From NCBI GenBank assembly GCA_012514745.1, contig JAAYZR010000006.1, positions 37,889-101,888 on the forward strand: a stretch of 64,000 nt of DNA, given 5' to 3'. Of the stretch, positions 1 to 9,318 are shown in pieces (the first letter of the stretch is position 1; each line of letters starts with the position of its first letter). The DNA comes from Candidatus Undivivens industriae. GTDB taxonomy: Bacteria > Omnitrophota > Gorgyraeia > Gygaellales > Profunditerraquicolaceae. The position numbers and the translations under genes are program-made. Below the pieces are notes generated by a model that was not told the DNA's origin, ran no database searches, and worked only from the letters and a program-made list of their open reading frames with translations.

Positions 1-94
1 CGCATACCGCGCAGAAAAATCCGGTGAAAGCGACGGCCGCGGCCGCAGGCAATGCCACCTTCAGTGTTCTCGATATCAATCCAGTTCTTATCAT
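1..94 (-). CDS. V/A-type ATPase proteolipid subunit K, N-terminal fragment (gene continues past window start)
   Basis: The minus strand from ATG at ~94 reads MIRTGLISRTLKVALPAAAAVAFTGFFCAV (hydrophobic start). A GGAGGGGG RBS lies directly upstream. It sits immediately downstream of subunit I, as in V-ATPase operons. Confidence 0.4.
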   Translation of the reverse strand, partial: MIRTGLISRTLKVALPAAAAVAFTGFFCAVC

Positions 95-204
95 GCTTTT
101 CCCCCTCCTTGAATGCAGCCGGAACTTACGCGGCGGCGCCGCGTCATGTTGTCCGGCCGGATACGATCCCGAAACGCCGGGATCTTTCCATTTTATAGCT
201 GTTG

Positions 205-2133
205 TCACACGCTCAACGGTTTATAAACGTTCTTGCCGCTCACGAAGAACTTCGAGAAAAATTCGTAATAATTAAGCCGCAGCGATTGTATCCCCACCAC
301 CATCCCCTCCAGAAGCAGCACCAGTATGTTCCCGCCGATAATAATCAACAGGGAAACGAAGCCGGAACCGACGTCCTTCAGCAGCTTGGAAAGCTCAAAG
401 ATCGCCATGAACAGCCCGGCGTGCGCCAAGGCGAATGCCGCGACGCGGATAAAAGAGACGGTGTTGGCCAGATACCCCATAACGATCTCCATCATATCTA
501 TCACGGTCTCCATGAGCAGCACAAAAACCCCTTCATGCGCCTTGCCGGCGAAGATATCCACCAGAGGTTTGAGAAATAATACCACAAAACAGGCGCCGAG
601 CAAAATAAAATAGCCTGCGGGGACCGGCCCGGCGCCGGGAACGGCGAGTCTGACCGCCAGAGCGATCCCGCTCCAGTAGATGATCCCGGATATCAGTCCG
701 GCCTTGTCGAAAAAGGCCTTGGCGTAATTGCGGTCGCGTAAAGAGATGAAAACATTCAGCGCCACTCCCAGCGAGATCACAGTTATACCGAATATCACGC
801 TTATCTTGAATATGCCGAGAATGTTGTTTATCGGCCTGATCCACAATGAATCGAACTCGAACCCGAAAGCGCTGCCGTAAAGCAGGCCAAACAGGGCCGA
901 TACGCCTCCCGCGTATGAAGTGAGAGCCCCTGCCTGTCGTACTTTATCGCTGCGGCTGCGCATAATCAGGATACCGGCTGCCAGAAGCAGCAAACCGTGT
1001 CCAAGGTCGCCGAACATCGCGCCGAACATAAGCAGAAAAGTTACGGCGGTGAACAAGGTGGGGTCCACGCTGCCGTAACGCGGTATTCCGTAAGATTCGA
1101 TCAGCAGTTCGAACGGTCTTATTAACGCCGAATGTTTCAAGAGCACCGGGACGTCTTCCTTGGATATCCCCAATTCATCCGGACTTTTCTCTTCCAGGTA
1201 AAGACAATTGGCCATCTGCCTGATCCTGGAAACGACCTTTTCCTTTTCGTCCGCCGGCACCCAGCCGGAAAACAGAACCGTCTTGTCGGTGTTGCAGGAA
1301 TATCTGCGCGCCTCCGAGATCGATCTCTTGAGCCTGATGAAAGTGTGGATTTGCGACAGTTCTTCTCCCGAATGCGCGGCGATCTCCGCCAGGGCGGCGG
1401 ACTCCATGTCTATACCCCTCTTGTCCTTTTCTATCTGCACTTTCAGCTTGAGCTGTATCTCGCCTCCCACGGCCTCGCCTTGGCCGGAGAAATCTTTCTT
1501 CTCGAACCCGGTATCGGAAAGCACCTTTTCTATATACGGTTTATCGCGGCGCAGTCCTATAAGCAGCAACGCCGTCCTGCCGCCGGGCTCTTTGCGGAAA
1601 GGATAAACCACGCTGTGAATTCCGGAAAGGCTGCGTTCAAGCAGATCCAGGTTATTATCGGCTATTGTCCCGGAGGCCACTTCCAGGAAACTGTAGGAGC
1701 TGTCCCTCCTCTTCAGAGGGATAGGCAGTATAGCGGGCACCCGGTTGAGCATCGCCGTCCGGGTGCGAATCTCTTCCCGCAATTCTTCTCTTTTGGATAT
1801 GTGGCTTGCGGCCTCCGCGTCAATCGCATTAAGCTTCTGCTCCGCGGTTGAATAGGAGAATTGCCCGAAGAGAGCGGATGTCATCAACTCCGGCCCCGAA
1901 GAAGGGCGGAAATCCAAAGACGCGCACGTCTGGCGCAGGCGCGCGGCAAGCTTTTCCCAATCTCCGGCCTCTTTCTGCGTTTCCGATGCCGGAAGCCCAT
2001 TCAGTCCGGACTCGATCCTGCGGATGTCCACGGGATGGAAGTTGCCGAGCTTCAGCAGCTGCGCGACGGTCTGCTCGGCGTCTTCTTTCAGCACGGCTAT
2101 GTTGATAAGCTCCATTTCACAGGGACCGAGCAT
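205..2133 (-). CDS. ntpI: V/A-type ATP synthase subunit I (membrane a-subunit homolog)
   Basis: 642 aa. Soluble N-terminal half, then a multi-TM C-terminal half ending LRLNYYEFFSKFF, typical of V-type subunit I. The start may be the internal MELINIAV at 2115. Confidence 0.85.
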   Translation of the reverse strand: MLGPCEMELINIAVLKEDAEQTVAQLLKLGNFHPVDIRRIESGLNGLPASETQKEAGDWEKLAARLRQTCASLDFRPSSGPELMTSALFGQFSYSTAEQKLNAIDAEAASHISKREELREEIRTRTAMLNRVPAILPIPLKRRDSSYSFLEVASGTIADNNLDLLERSLSGIHSVVYPFRKEPGGRTALLLIGLRRDKPYIEKVLSDTGFEKKDFSGQGEAVGGEIQLKLKVQIEKDKRGIDMESAALAEIAAHSGEELSQIHTFIRLKRSISEARRYSCNTDKTVLFSGWVPADEKEKVVSRIRQMANCLYLEEKSPDELGISKEDVPVLLKHSALIRPFELLIESYGIPRYGSVDPTLFTAVTFLLMFGAMFGDLGHGLLLLAAGILIMRSRSDKVRQAGALTSYAGGVSALFGLLYGSAFGFEFDSLWIRPINNILGIFKISVIFGITVISLGVALNVFISLRDRNYAKAFFDKAGLISGIIYWSGIALAVRLAVPGAGPVPAGYFILLGACFVVLFLKPLVDIFAGKAHEGVFVLLMETVIDMMEIVMGYLANTVSFIRVAAFALAHAGLFMAIFELSKLLKDVGSGFVSLLIIIGGNILVLLLEGMVVGIQSLRLNYYEFFSKFFVSGKNVYKPLSV

Positions 2134-2135
2134 TT

Positions 2136-3185
2136 TTATACCCCGATGTTCAAAGACTGCATTATATTTTCTTTGGAATGTCCGTAAGCCTTGGCGTAAA
2201 GAATGGATACCAGCAGTCCGGCCTGCCTGCGGCTTGAGACCAGGTATGCCATCGCCGTTCCTATGGTGAACGGAAAACCGGAAAGCGCCCCCTTCACTTC
2301 CTTCGCCAGCAGTCCGTAGAGAAAACTTTCAATGAGAAAAAAGTTCTCTTCGAATATCCCTTTTATGCGCGAATAGGGCCCCAATGAGAGGCTGTTGACC
2401 ACCTGCGTGATCCCGTTGCTGGTATAGGAGCTCCGCACATGGTCCTTGTTAAGCCTTAAGCCTCCAGGGATGAACCAGTCGAGCATTTCCGACATGTTCC
2501 GGGAATAATATTTTCTGAAGCGCAGAAGCAGGTTTATGTTTTCAATGTCTATCTCGACGCCGATTATACGAGAAGCGACCCTGCGGTCCGCAGGAGAAAG
2601 ACGGGAGATAGCCGCGGCGATCCTGTCGTAATAATCCATGTCGAGCGCGACTTCCAGAAAGAAAAGTTTACCCTCCCGCTTAAATTGTTCCCGGCCGCTC
2701 ATCAGCGCGCGTTTATACGGCGAATCATCCAGCAGCAGAATAAACTCCTCGATGTTTTCCGCATCGACAAGTTTTCCGAAATCCAGCGTGGACCCGCTTC
2801 CCGTCTTATCTATGTAATCTTCCCAGGCGACAGGCAGCCTGCGGTGCCAGATACGCAAGGCGGTCTTTAACTGTTCTATCTCCAGCTTCTGACGGAGCAG
2901 CGCCAGAAAGTCCCTTTCCTTTGCGGAGGAGATAGACGAAATAACCTTGCGGTAAGCCGCGGATTCCTGAGCGGCGATGAAACGTTCTGCGGCGGGCAGG
3001 TCGGCGGAAGAAGATATATTCATACCTTCCGACAACGGAGAATATGCGGTCCCCTTGAAGAGCGCCAACGCTTCCTGCAGGTCGCCGGCCCCGGTCAAGG
3101 AGACAAAAAACTCCTCCGGCAGAAGCGCGGAGAGCATCGCCCTGATCCTGGCGTTGGCAAAAGAGTATTTACTTAGATCCTGCAT
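2136..3185 (-). CDS. ntpC: V/A-type ATP synthase subunit C (V0 d-subunit homolog)
   Basis: 349 aa. The N-terminus YSFANARIRAMLSALL matches the conserved YxYxNARVRAMxSxLL start of A/V-type C subunits. Operon context. Confidence 0.75.
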   Translation of the reverse strand: MQDLSKYSFANARIRAMLSALLPEEFFVSLTGAGDLQEALALFKGTAYSPLSEGMNISSSADLPAAERFIAAQESAAYRKVISSISSAKERDFLALLRQKLEIEQLKTALRIWHRRLPVAWEDYIDKTGSGSTLDFGKLVDAENIEEFILLLDDSPYKRALMSGREQFKREGKLFFLEVALDMDYYDRIAAAISRLSPADRRVASRIIGVEIDIENINLLLRFRKYYSRNMSEMLDWFIPGGLRLNKDHVRSSYTSNGITQVVNSLSLGPYSRIKGIFEENFFLIESFLYGLLAKEVKGALSGFPFTIGTAMAYLVSSRRQAGLLVSILYAKAYGHSKENIMQSLNIGV

Positions 3186-3284
3186 TATTCTGGCCGGCTT
3201 GGGTAAAAACGCCGCCGTCTGCCTGTTACGGTTCTTTTCAATATTACGGTTTCTTGATTTCCGCGGCTTTCCGCCGGCGGGGCG

Positions 3285-3596
3285 CTACAGGGAAATTATT
3301 TCGGAGAATATCTTCCGGGCCGCGGAAGGGACGTTCTTTTCTTTTGCCTTGCGCAAGGCTGCGTATTCTTCGCGGGCGCCGTTTAGCATGCTCTCTTTCT
3401 CGGCAAGGTATTCCGCGCGGACAGCCTTTTGCCGCTCCAGGGCGGAGACGCGCGACTGTTCCGCAGATTCTTCGAGGATTTGACAGGCTTGCGCCCGCGC
3501 TTCGGAAACAATCCGCTCCGCCTGCTGCTTCGCCTGTTCGATCTTTTTCTTCGAATCCTGTTCTTCCTGTAAGATGCGCTCTACAACTTCTTTCAT
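3285..3596 (-). CDS. V/A-type ATP synthase subunit G/H-like (peripheral stalk coiled-coil)
   Basis: 103 aa, highly charged coiled-coil (EQAKQQAERIVSEARAQA...). The size and composition match V-type G/H stalk subunits. It is the first gene of the V-ATPase block in this window. Confidence 0.5.
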   Translation of the reverse strand: MKEVVERILQEEQDSKKKIEQAKQQAERIVSEARAQACQILEESAEQSRVSALERQKAVRAEYLAEKESMLNGAREEYAALRKAKEKNVPSAARKIFSEIISL

Positions 3597-3653
3597 AGTA
3601 TATTCATTTTACCATCTGCGGCCGAAAAGTAAATCTAAATCTATCGCCTGATT

Positions 3654-3673
3654 CCGGGGACACAATACTTAAT
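3654..3673 (+). repeat. 20-nt dispersed repeat copy 1 (CCGGGGACACAATACTTAAT), overlaps hydE stop codon
   Basis: 19/20 identical to the copies at 5066-5085 and 34686-34705 (the latter is the reverse complement). Confidence 0.6.
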
Positions 3674-4763
3674 GAAACTTCCCGGTCTTAAAAACCGGGG
3701 ATTTCTGGGCGAGGGGATTAAAATCGCCCCGGGAGAAATCGAGTTTCCTGTCGGTCCGGGCCGCGTACGCGCGCAATCCATCCAGTTCCCGCCCGGCGTC
3801 AAAACGCGCTTTCGACCTGCCGGGATAAAGATCGTAAAGGCGCCGGAAGACTGCCGGCGTGAAACTAAACATTACCACGTTCGCTCCGCACTCCAGAGCC
3901 TTGTATGCCTCTCTGGCGGAAGAACGGCGCAGGGCGGTAGTTACCGGGATGTGCGCGCATGGATTGAGCAGTCTGGCAAGCGCTATCGCCCGCAACACCG
4001 ATACGGTATCGGCCGGAGCGCAGGCGGAGAGCGGTGTTCGCGGATGCGGAATGAAAGGGCCTATACTTATCATTCCCATACCAAACCGCCGGAAAAACAA
4101 AAGGTCTTCCGCTATGCTCTCTGCGGTCTGCCCGGGTAAACCGGTGATACAGCCTGAACCGGTTTGATAACCAAGTTCTTTCAAGGCGCGCAGACAGAGC
4201 AACCGTGTTTTTAGTTTCATACCGGGATGCAAACGGCGGTAAAGGTCGGCGCAGGTGGTCTCTATTTTCAGGAGATACCTATCCGCCCCGGCCTTTTTCC
4301 AGAGAGCGTAGTCACTGCGGCTGCGCTCCCCCGCGGAAATAGTGATTGCCGCCGGATAAAGCTTTTTTATGCGTTTGATCACTTCCGCCAGCCACTCCGC
4401 CCGGATGGAAGCCGATTCTCCTGACTGCAGGACTATGCTCCGGATGCCGGATTTGTATATGGTGCGCGCGCAGACAAGGATATCTTCGGTTGTCATACAA
4501 TAGCGCCTCAAGCGGACGTTGCCGGAATTCAAACCGCAGTAAACGCAGCGGTTTCGGCAGATATTGGAAAACTCCACTATGCCGCGCACTATTATCCCGT
4601 CTCCGGCATGCGAGCCCCGCAGGCTGTCGGCACGCCGGAAAAGCAGCCTTTCGTCTCCGGCCGAGATCCGCCGGGAAAGTAGATATGCCAGTTCCTTTTT
4701 ACTTAAACTGCCACGTCCGCAAAGTTTGTTTATCAGACACTCCGCTCTGGACACGACCCTCAT
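3669..4763 (-). CDS. hydE: Radical SAM enzyme of the BioB/HydE family; probable [FeFe]-hydrogenase maturase HydE
   Basis: 364 aa. CRNRCVYCGL (CxxxCxxC radical-SAM motif) near the N-terminus, and a C-terminal TIM-barrel region like BioB/HydE. Adjacent to a TM1266-like gene and the [FeFe] hydrogenase operon. Confidence 0.6.
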   Translation of the reverse strand: MRVVSRAECLINKLCGRGSLSKKELAYLLSRRISAGDERLLFRRADSLRGSHAGDGIIVRGIVEFSNICRNRCVYCGLNSGNVRLRRYCMTTEDILVCARTIYKSGIRSIVLQSGESASIRAEWLAEVIKRIKKLYPAAITISAGERSRSDYALWKKAGADRYLLKIETTCADLYRRLHPGMKLKTRLLCLRALKELGYQTGSGCITGLPGQTAESIAEDLLFFRRFGMGMISIGPFIPHPRTPLSACAPADTVSVLRAIALARLLNPCAHIPVTTALRRSSAREAYKALECGANVVMFSFTPAVFRRLYDLYPGRSKARFDAGRELDGLRAYAARTDRKLDFSRGDFNPLAQKSPVFKTGKFH

Positions 4764-4784
4764 CCTATTCTTCCGCGCGTCGGT

Positions 4785-5054
4785 TCATTTAGACTGCTTC
4801 CCAAGTCCCGACTTGACCGATACGCCTTGCAGCGCCCCAAGTTTTCCGGTCAGCGCGCCCAGTTCGTCGGTGGAAGCGTCCACGATCAGCGTGATCACGC
4901 AGCAGGACTTGCGCGCGTAAGGCATTCCCATCCTGCCGACGATTATGCCGCCGTGTTCGCTGAGCACGGCATTGACGGCTGAAGCGGTTTTCTCCCTGTC
5001 ATCCACGATTATTCCCACGAAACCCAGTCTGCGCTGCATAACACCTCCTGCCAT
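4785..5054 (-). CDS. TM1266-like small ACT-domain protein (putative [FeFe]-hydrogenase system regulator)
   Basis: 89 aa. IIVDDREKTASAVNAVLSEHGGIIVGRMGMPY...LIVDASTDELGALTGKLGALQGVSVK matches the family that sits between hydE/hydG in many genomes. Start may be M6 (5039). Confidence 0.55.
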   Translation of the reverse strand: MAGGVMQRRLGFVGIIVDDREKTASAVNAVLSEHGGIIVGRMGMPYARKSCCVITLIVDASTDELGALTGKLGALQGVSVKSGLGKQSK

Positions 5055-5065
5055 TTTTTAGACTT

Positions 5066-5085
5066 CCGGGGACACTATACTTAAT
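5066..5085 (+). repeat. 20-nt dispersed repeat copy 2 (CCGGGGACACTATACTTAAT), 11 nt upstream of TM1266-like start
   Basis: See copy 1. Confidence 0.6.
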
Positions 5086-5089
5086 TCGG

Positions 5090-5174
5090 CAACGGCTACG
5101 GTAACCAACAGACCCCCAACCAGTCTATTTTCCCGAAAGGATAACACCAATCTTTCCTTCCCTCCATAGGGAGG
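5090..5174 (-). promoter_or_regulatory. Bipartite conserved leader element, copy 1 (blocks CAACGGCTACGGTAACCAA and ATCTTTCCTTCCC plus CCTCC-ATAG-GGAGG hairpin)
   Basis: Both blocks are identical to those at 28566-28620. The hairpin is covarying. Block 1 ends 36 nt before the TM1266-like ATG. Confidence 0.4.
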
Positions 5175-5328
5175 ATAACGGAGAGTAACAATCAAGGAGT
5201 ATTTAGAAGGAGCGATAATCCCCCCCCGGGAGGCCTCCCAACCAGGGGGAGGGAAATAAAAACTACAACCAGAGCAGAGTAACTTGTAAACGACAGACGC
5301 GCTTTAAAAGATGGATCTCTACTGCGTA

Positions 5329-5369
5329 TAAAAAAACGGTTTTCCCCCGTATCCCACGGAGAAAAACCG
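5329..5369 (-). terminator. Rho-independent terminator downstream of hydA
   Basis: Minus-strand RNA CGGUUUUUCUCCG-UGGGAUA-CGGGGGAAAACCG (13-bp stem with 2 G-U pairs, 7-nt loop) followed by UUUUUUUAUA. Lies 85 nt after the hydA stop. Confidence 0.7.
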
Positions 5370-5453
5370 GGATAAACATAGCCGGACGTTTTTTCCCCTT
5401 GGGCTCGGAAGCTCACGGCCTCTTCGCCTTCAGGACCAGCGCCTGAGAACGGC

Positions 5454-7208
5454 CTATTTTACATAGACCGGCCTGGCTTTGTAATGCGTATGCAGTAAAT
5501 GCTCGGATTTTTCGCCCAAAGGCTTACCTAGATATTCCGCATAAAGTTTCTTTATATAAGGATTCTCGTGGGAGAACCTCACACTGCAGTCCCTGTCGTC
5601 CTGGTAAAGCCCTCCAGCGCGTTTCTTCCTCAACTCGTCGGTCACCCCGTAAGGCTGACCGCCGCCGCCGACGCAGCCGCCGGCACAGGCCATTACCTCT
5701 ATAAAATGATACGGGATCTCCAGGTTGTTCTTCTTGGCTTCCCTGACCTTATTCAGCACGTATTCGACATTGCTCAAACCGTGGGCGATCGCCACGCGGA
5801 TCTTTTTACCGTCGATTTGCACTTCGGCTTCCTTGACCCCGTTAAGCCCGCGCAGGTCCTCGAAATCCACCTTCTTGAGGTTTTTGCCGTTCAGAACGAA
5901 ATACGCGGTGCGCAAAGCGGCTTCCATAACTCCTCCGGTCGCGCCGAAAATTACGCCGGCCCCGGTGTAATCCCCCAGTATATGGTCCGGATCCTCATCC
6001 GGGAGATTGACGAAATCTATACCGGCCTGCTTTATCATTCTCGCCAGCTCTCGCGTGGTGAGCGAAACGTCCACGTCCTGACAGCCGGAAGCGAACATCT
6101 CCTCGCATCTCTTGATCTCGTATTTTTTGGAGGTGCAAGGCATTATGGAAACCACATATATCTTCGCGGGGTCTATGCCTTTCTTTTGCGCGTAATAGGT
6201 TTTTGCCAGCACGCCCAGTATCTCCTGCGGGGATTTGCAGGAGGAGAAATATTCGATCATATCGGAATGGAACTTTTCCATAAAATCCACCCAGGACGGA
6301 CAACAGGTGGTAATAAGAGGCAGCGGACCTTTTTGTTTGGTGAGGCGCTCCACGAACTCGGTGCCTTCTTCCATTATGGTAACATCGGCCGCGAAATTTG
6401 TGTCGAAAACCGCCTTGAACCCCAGCCTGCGCAAAAGCGCGTAAAGTTTCTTGGTGAGATTTGTGCCCACCGGATAACCGAAGGCCTCGCCTATCGCCAC
6501 CCTTACGGCGGGAGCGATCTGCACCACGCAGTATTTATCCGGGTCCTGTAAAGCGGTCCAGACCCTGTTGGTGTCGTCCTTCTCCACTATAGCTCCGGTC
6601 GGGCAGTGATTGGAGCACTGTCCGCATCTGACACAGGGGGAATCCGCAAGCTTGATATCCCCTGCCGGAGATATGCGGGTTTCGAACCCTCTCTCCAGGA
6701 AAGAAAGCGCCCAGACGTTCTGCATATTCTGGCAGACGTCCACGCACCTGCCGCAGAGGATGCATTTCTGAGGCTCCAGCACGATGGTGCCGGTCGAATC
6801 GTCCGGCGGCAGAGGCGAAAGAAAGTTCTTGAACGATTCCTGCCTGATGCCGAAATCGGCGGCGAGTTTCTGCAATTCGCAATCGTTGTTGCGCCCGCAT
6901 TTAAGGCAGTCGTTGGGATGCTTGGAAAGTATCAATTCCAGGACGGTGCGCCTGACGGATATGATCTCCGGGTCGTGCGTGATTATATCCATTCCTTCTT
7001 CCAGGGGCGTGCAGCAGGCGCGCAGCATCCTTGCCGAACCCTTGACCTTGACGATGCAGATGCCGCAGGCAGCAGAGGCGTGGAGGTCCGGGTGTTTGCA
7101 AAGCGTGGGGATCTTCACCTGAACGGTGCCGGCCGCTTCCAGGATGGTGGTGCCTTTCTCCACCTGCACTTCGATACCGTTTATTTTTGCCTTTATCAAC
7201 ATCTTCAC
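5454..7208 (-). CDS. hydA: [FeFe] hydrogenase catalytic subunit HydA (N-terminal 2Fe-2S plus 4Fe-4S ferredoxin domains and H-cluster domain)
   Basis: 584 aa. H-cluster motifs TTCCPSW (L1), MPCTSKKYE (L2) and [16 protein letters not shown] (L3). N-terminal Cys clusters (CKHPDL..C..C; CxxCxxCxxxC x2). Confidence 0.9.
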   Translation of the reverse strand: MKMLIKAKINGIEVQVEKGTTILEAAGTVQVKIPTLCKHPDLHASAACGICIVKVKGSARMLRACCTPLEEGMDIITHDPEIISVRRTVLELILSKHPNDCLKCGRNNDCELQKLAADFGIRQESFKNFLSPLPPDDSTGTIVLEPQKCILCGRCVDVCQNMQNVWALSFLERGFETRISPAGDIKLADSPCVRCGQCSNHCPTGAIVEKDDTNRVWTALQDPDKYCVVQIAPAVRVAIGEAFGYPVGTNLTKKLYALLRRLGFKAVFDTNFAADVTIMEEGTEFVERLTKQKGPLPLITTCCPSWVDFMEKFHSDMIEYFSSCKSPQEILGVLAKTYYAQKKGIDPAKIYVVSIMPCTSKKYEIKRCEEMFASGCQDVDVSLTTRELARMIKQAGIDFVNLPDEDPDHILGDYTGAGVIFGATGGVMEAALRTAYFVLNGKNLKKVDFEDLRGLNGVKEAEVQIDGKKIRVAIAHGLSNVEYVLNKVREAKKNNLEIPYHFIEVMACAGGCVGGGGQPYGVTDELRKKRAGGLYQDDRDCSVRFSHENPYIKKLYAEYLGKPLGEKSEHLLHTHYKARPVYVK

Positions 7209-8953
7209 TCCTTGGCGATGGCCTGGAATTTGCAGACTTCAAAACACTTGCCGCACTTCACGCATTTAGAAACGTCTATAAAGAAACCTTTTTCCCTGTC
7301 GCCTTCTATGGCGTTGACCGGACAATTGATCACACACACGCGGCAGCGTTTGCATTTATCCTGTATTATGGAATACGTCATCAGGCTGCGGCATTTGTGC
7401 GAGCGGCATTTCCTGTTGACGATATGTTCGCGGTACTCGTGCTCGAAATACCTCAAAGTGGACATCACCGGATTGGCGGCCGTCTGGCCCAGGGCGCACA
7501 GAGAGGCCCTCTGCATAGCCAGTGCCACGCGGCGCAGCTTGTCGAGGTCCTCGAGAGAACCGCTGCCTTCGACGATGCCGTTGAGCAGATTCAGCATCTG
7601 GTATCCTCCTATGCGGCACGGCGCGCATTTGCCGCAGGATTCTTCCACGCAAAAACCCAGATAAAACTTGGCGATGTCGACTATGCAGTCGCTTTCGTCC
7701 ATGACGATCATCCCGCCGGAACCCATGATGGAACCGAGTTTCTGCAGGTTCTCGTAATCCACCGGGGTATCCAGTTGGTCCACGGGTATGACCCCGCCGG
7801 AAGGACCTCCGGTCTGCACCGCCTTGATCGGTTTATCCCCGAGCATGCCTCCGCCGATATCAAAAACTATTTCGCGCAAAGTGATGCCCATCGGGACTTC
7901 CACCAGCCCGGAATTCCTGACCTTGCCGGTGAGGGCGAAAACTTTGGTGCCCTTGGATTTCTCCGTGCCTATCAAGGCGAACTTGTCACCGCCTTCCAGG
8001 ATAATATACGGCACGTTCGCCAGGGTCTCGACGTTGTTTATGGCGGTCGGTTTGCCCCATAACCCGGACACCGAGGGGTACGGCGGCCTGGGCCGCGGCG
8101 TCCCGCGTTTTCCTTCGATGGAAGCGATGAGCGCGGTCTCCTCGCCGCAGACGAAAGCCCCTGCGCCGAGGCGTATATCTATGTCGAAAGAGAAATCTGT
8201 CCCCAGAATGTTCTTGCCCAACAGCCCGCATTCATAAGCCTGTTCTATCGCCTTCTTGACCCTCTCCACGGCAAGCGGATATTCGGCCCTGATATACATA
8301 TACCCACTGCCGGCGCCTATGGCGTAACCGGCGATAATCAAGCCTTCTATGACCGAATGCGGGTCCCCTTCCAGCACGCTCCTGTCCATATAAGCGCCCG
8401 GGTCGCCCTCATCGGCGTTGCAGATCACATATTTCCTGTCTCCCTGCGACTCGCGGGTAAATTTCCATTTCATCCAGGTCGGGTAGCCGGCGCCGCCGCG
8501 TCCGCGCAGGCCGCTTTTCTTCATTTCCTCTATGACGCCGGCCGGATCCATTCCGGAAAGTATCTTTTTCAACGCCCCGTAGCCGCGGCAGGCGATGTAT
8601 TCGTCTATGCTTTCAGGGTCGATCACACCGCAGTTGCGCAGGACTATCCTTATCTGCTTGGGCTCCTCGCTGAAAAGCAGCCTTTCCACCGTCCCTTGCC
8701 CTTTGACGGAGGCGTCGATTATCGCTCCTATATCGCTCTCCTTGACGCCTGTATAGACAATGCCCCGGGGGAAAATCTTGACCGCGAAGCCCTTGCCGTA
8801 GATGCCGATATCCGAAGCCCTGACCAAAGCAACGGAATCTTCCAGCCCCTTATCCTTTATCTGATTGGAAAAAGAAGTGTAAAAATCCCGCAGTTTATCC
8901 TGCTGGGATTGTTCGGTATCGGCCAGTAATATTATCTTCCTGTCCGTCTCCAT
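7205..8953 (-). CDS. hydB: NuoF/HydB-like NAD(P)H-binding flavoprotein subunit of [FeFe] hydrogenase (with C-terminal 2x[4Fe-4S])
   Basis: 582 aa. [13 protein letters not shown] and [15 protein letters not shown] (NuoF FMN/NADH motifs). C-terminal [12 protein letters not shown] / [11 protein letters not shown] ferredoxin motifs. 4-nt overlap with hydA. Confidence 0.85.
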   Translation of the reverse strand: METDRKIILLADTEQSQQDKLRDFYTSFSNQIKDKGLEDSVALVRASDIGIYGKGFAVKIFPRGIVYTGVKESDIGAIIDASVKGQGTVERLLFSEEPKQIRIVLRNCGVIDPESIDEYIACRGYGALKKILSGMDPAGVIEEMKKSGLRGRGGAGYPTWMKWKFTRESQGDRKYVICNADEGDPGAYMDRSVLEGDPHSVIEGLIIAGYAIGAGSGYMYIRAEYPLAVERVKKAIEQAYECGLLGKNILGTDFSFDIDIRLGAGAFVCGEETALIASIEGKRGTPRPRPPYPSVSGLWGKPTAINNVETLANVPYIILEGGDKFALIGTEKSKGTKVFALTGKVRNSGLVEVPMGITLREIVFDIGGGMLGDKPIKAVQTGGPSGGVIPVDQLDTPVDYENLQKLGSIMGSGGMIVMDESDCIVDIAKFYLGFCVEESCGKCAPCRIGGYQMLNLLNGIVEGSGSLEDLDKLRRVALAMQRASLCALGQTAANPVMSTLRYFEHEYREHIVNRKCRSHKCRSLMTYSIIQDKCKRCRVCVINCPVNAIEGDREKGFFIDVSKCVKCGKCFEVCKFQAIAKE

Positions 8954-9313
8954 TTAGGCCTGCCTTTTCGTCCTGACTTCGTAAATATTGTCGTTGACCA
9001 GCGTCTTGGCGGAGATATGCTTCTCCAGTATCTTGATCGCCGTTTCCTTGTCCACCCTGCCGTAGACGACGTCCGGCAGCCCGGCGCAATGCACTTCCAC
9101 CAGCGGTTCCGCGTAACACATCCCCTGGCATCCGCATTTCTTTATGCGCACTCCCAGATTGCGTTTCTTAGCCTCCTGCTGCAGGGTGCTGAAGACCTCC
9201 CCCGCGCCGGCGGCCATGCCGCAGGTGCTCATCCCGACCTTTATCCAGTCTCCGCTCTCATCAAGCCCGGCGGCTATTTTAGAGTCTATGTCTTTAGGGG
9301 TCAATTTCGCCAT
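8954..9313 (-). CDS. Thioredoxin-like [2Fe-2S] ferredoxin (HydD-like small subunit)
   Basis: 119 aa with STCGMAAG ... KKCGCQGMCY Cys pattern. Abuts the hydB start with no gap, so the domain that is N-terminal in many HndC/HydB proteins is a separate gene here. Confidence 0.55.
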   Translation of the reverse strand: MAKLTPKDIDSKIAAGLDESGDWIKVGMSTCGMAAGAGEVFSTLQQEAKKRNLGVRIKKCGCQGMCYAEPLVEVHCAGLPDVVYGRVDKETAIKILEKHISAKTLVNDNIYEVRTKRQA

Positions 9314-9318
9314 TGTCG

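Noticed and set aside
3285-3596. 103-aa coiled-coil protein as an F-type ATPase b subunit or unrelated protein
   Set aside because: It lacks an N-terminal TM helix (F-type b has one). Its position directly upstream of V-type subunits C, I and K favours a V-type G/H stalk subunit, though confidence is only moderate.
5150-5162. CTTTCCTTCC block as a mimic of the 16S rRNA 3' end (anti-Shine-Dalgarno)
   Set aside because: Only partial similarity to CACCUCCUUUCU, and the block lies ~90 nt from the start codon on the non-coding strand. No support for this idea.
5192-5416. 74-aa minus-strand ORF in the hydA-TM1266 spacer
   Set aside because: It overlaps the hydA rho-independent terminator and the repeat elements. 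Composition is low-complexity (PGGGLSLLL) and it has no RBS.
5568-6551. Long plus-strand ORFs, e.g. 5568-6551 (327 aa), 6606-7664 (352 aa), 40066-41475 (469 aa), 50098-51789 (563 aa), 55831-56805 (324 aa)
   Set aside because: All lie antisense to strongly supported minus-strand genes (hydA, hydB, rplF-rplR, fusA, rpoC) in a 60% GC genome where stop codons are rare in antisense frames. They have no recognisable motifs and no RBS, so they are shadow ORFs.
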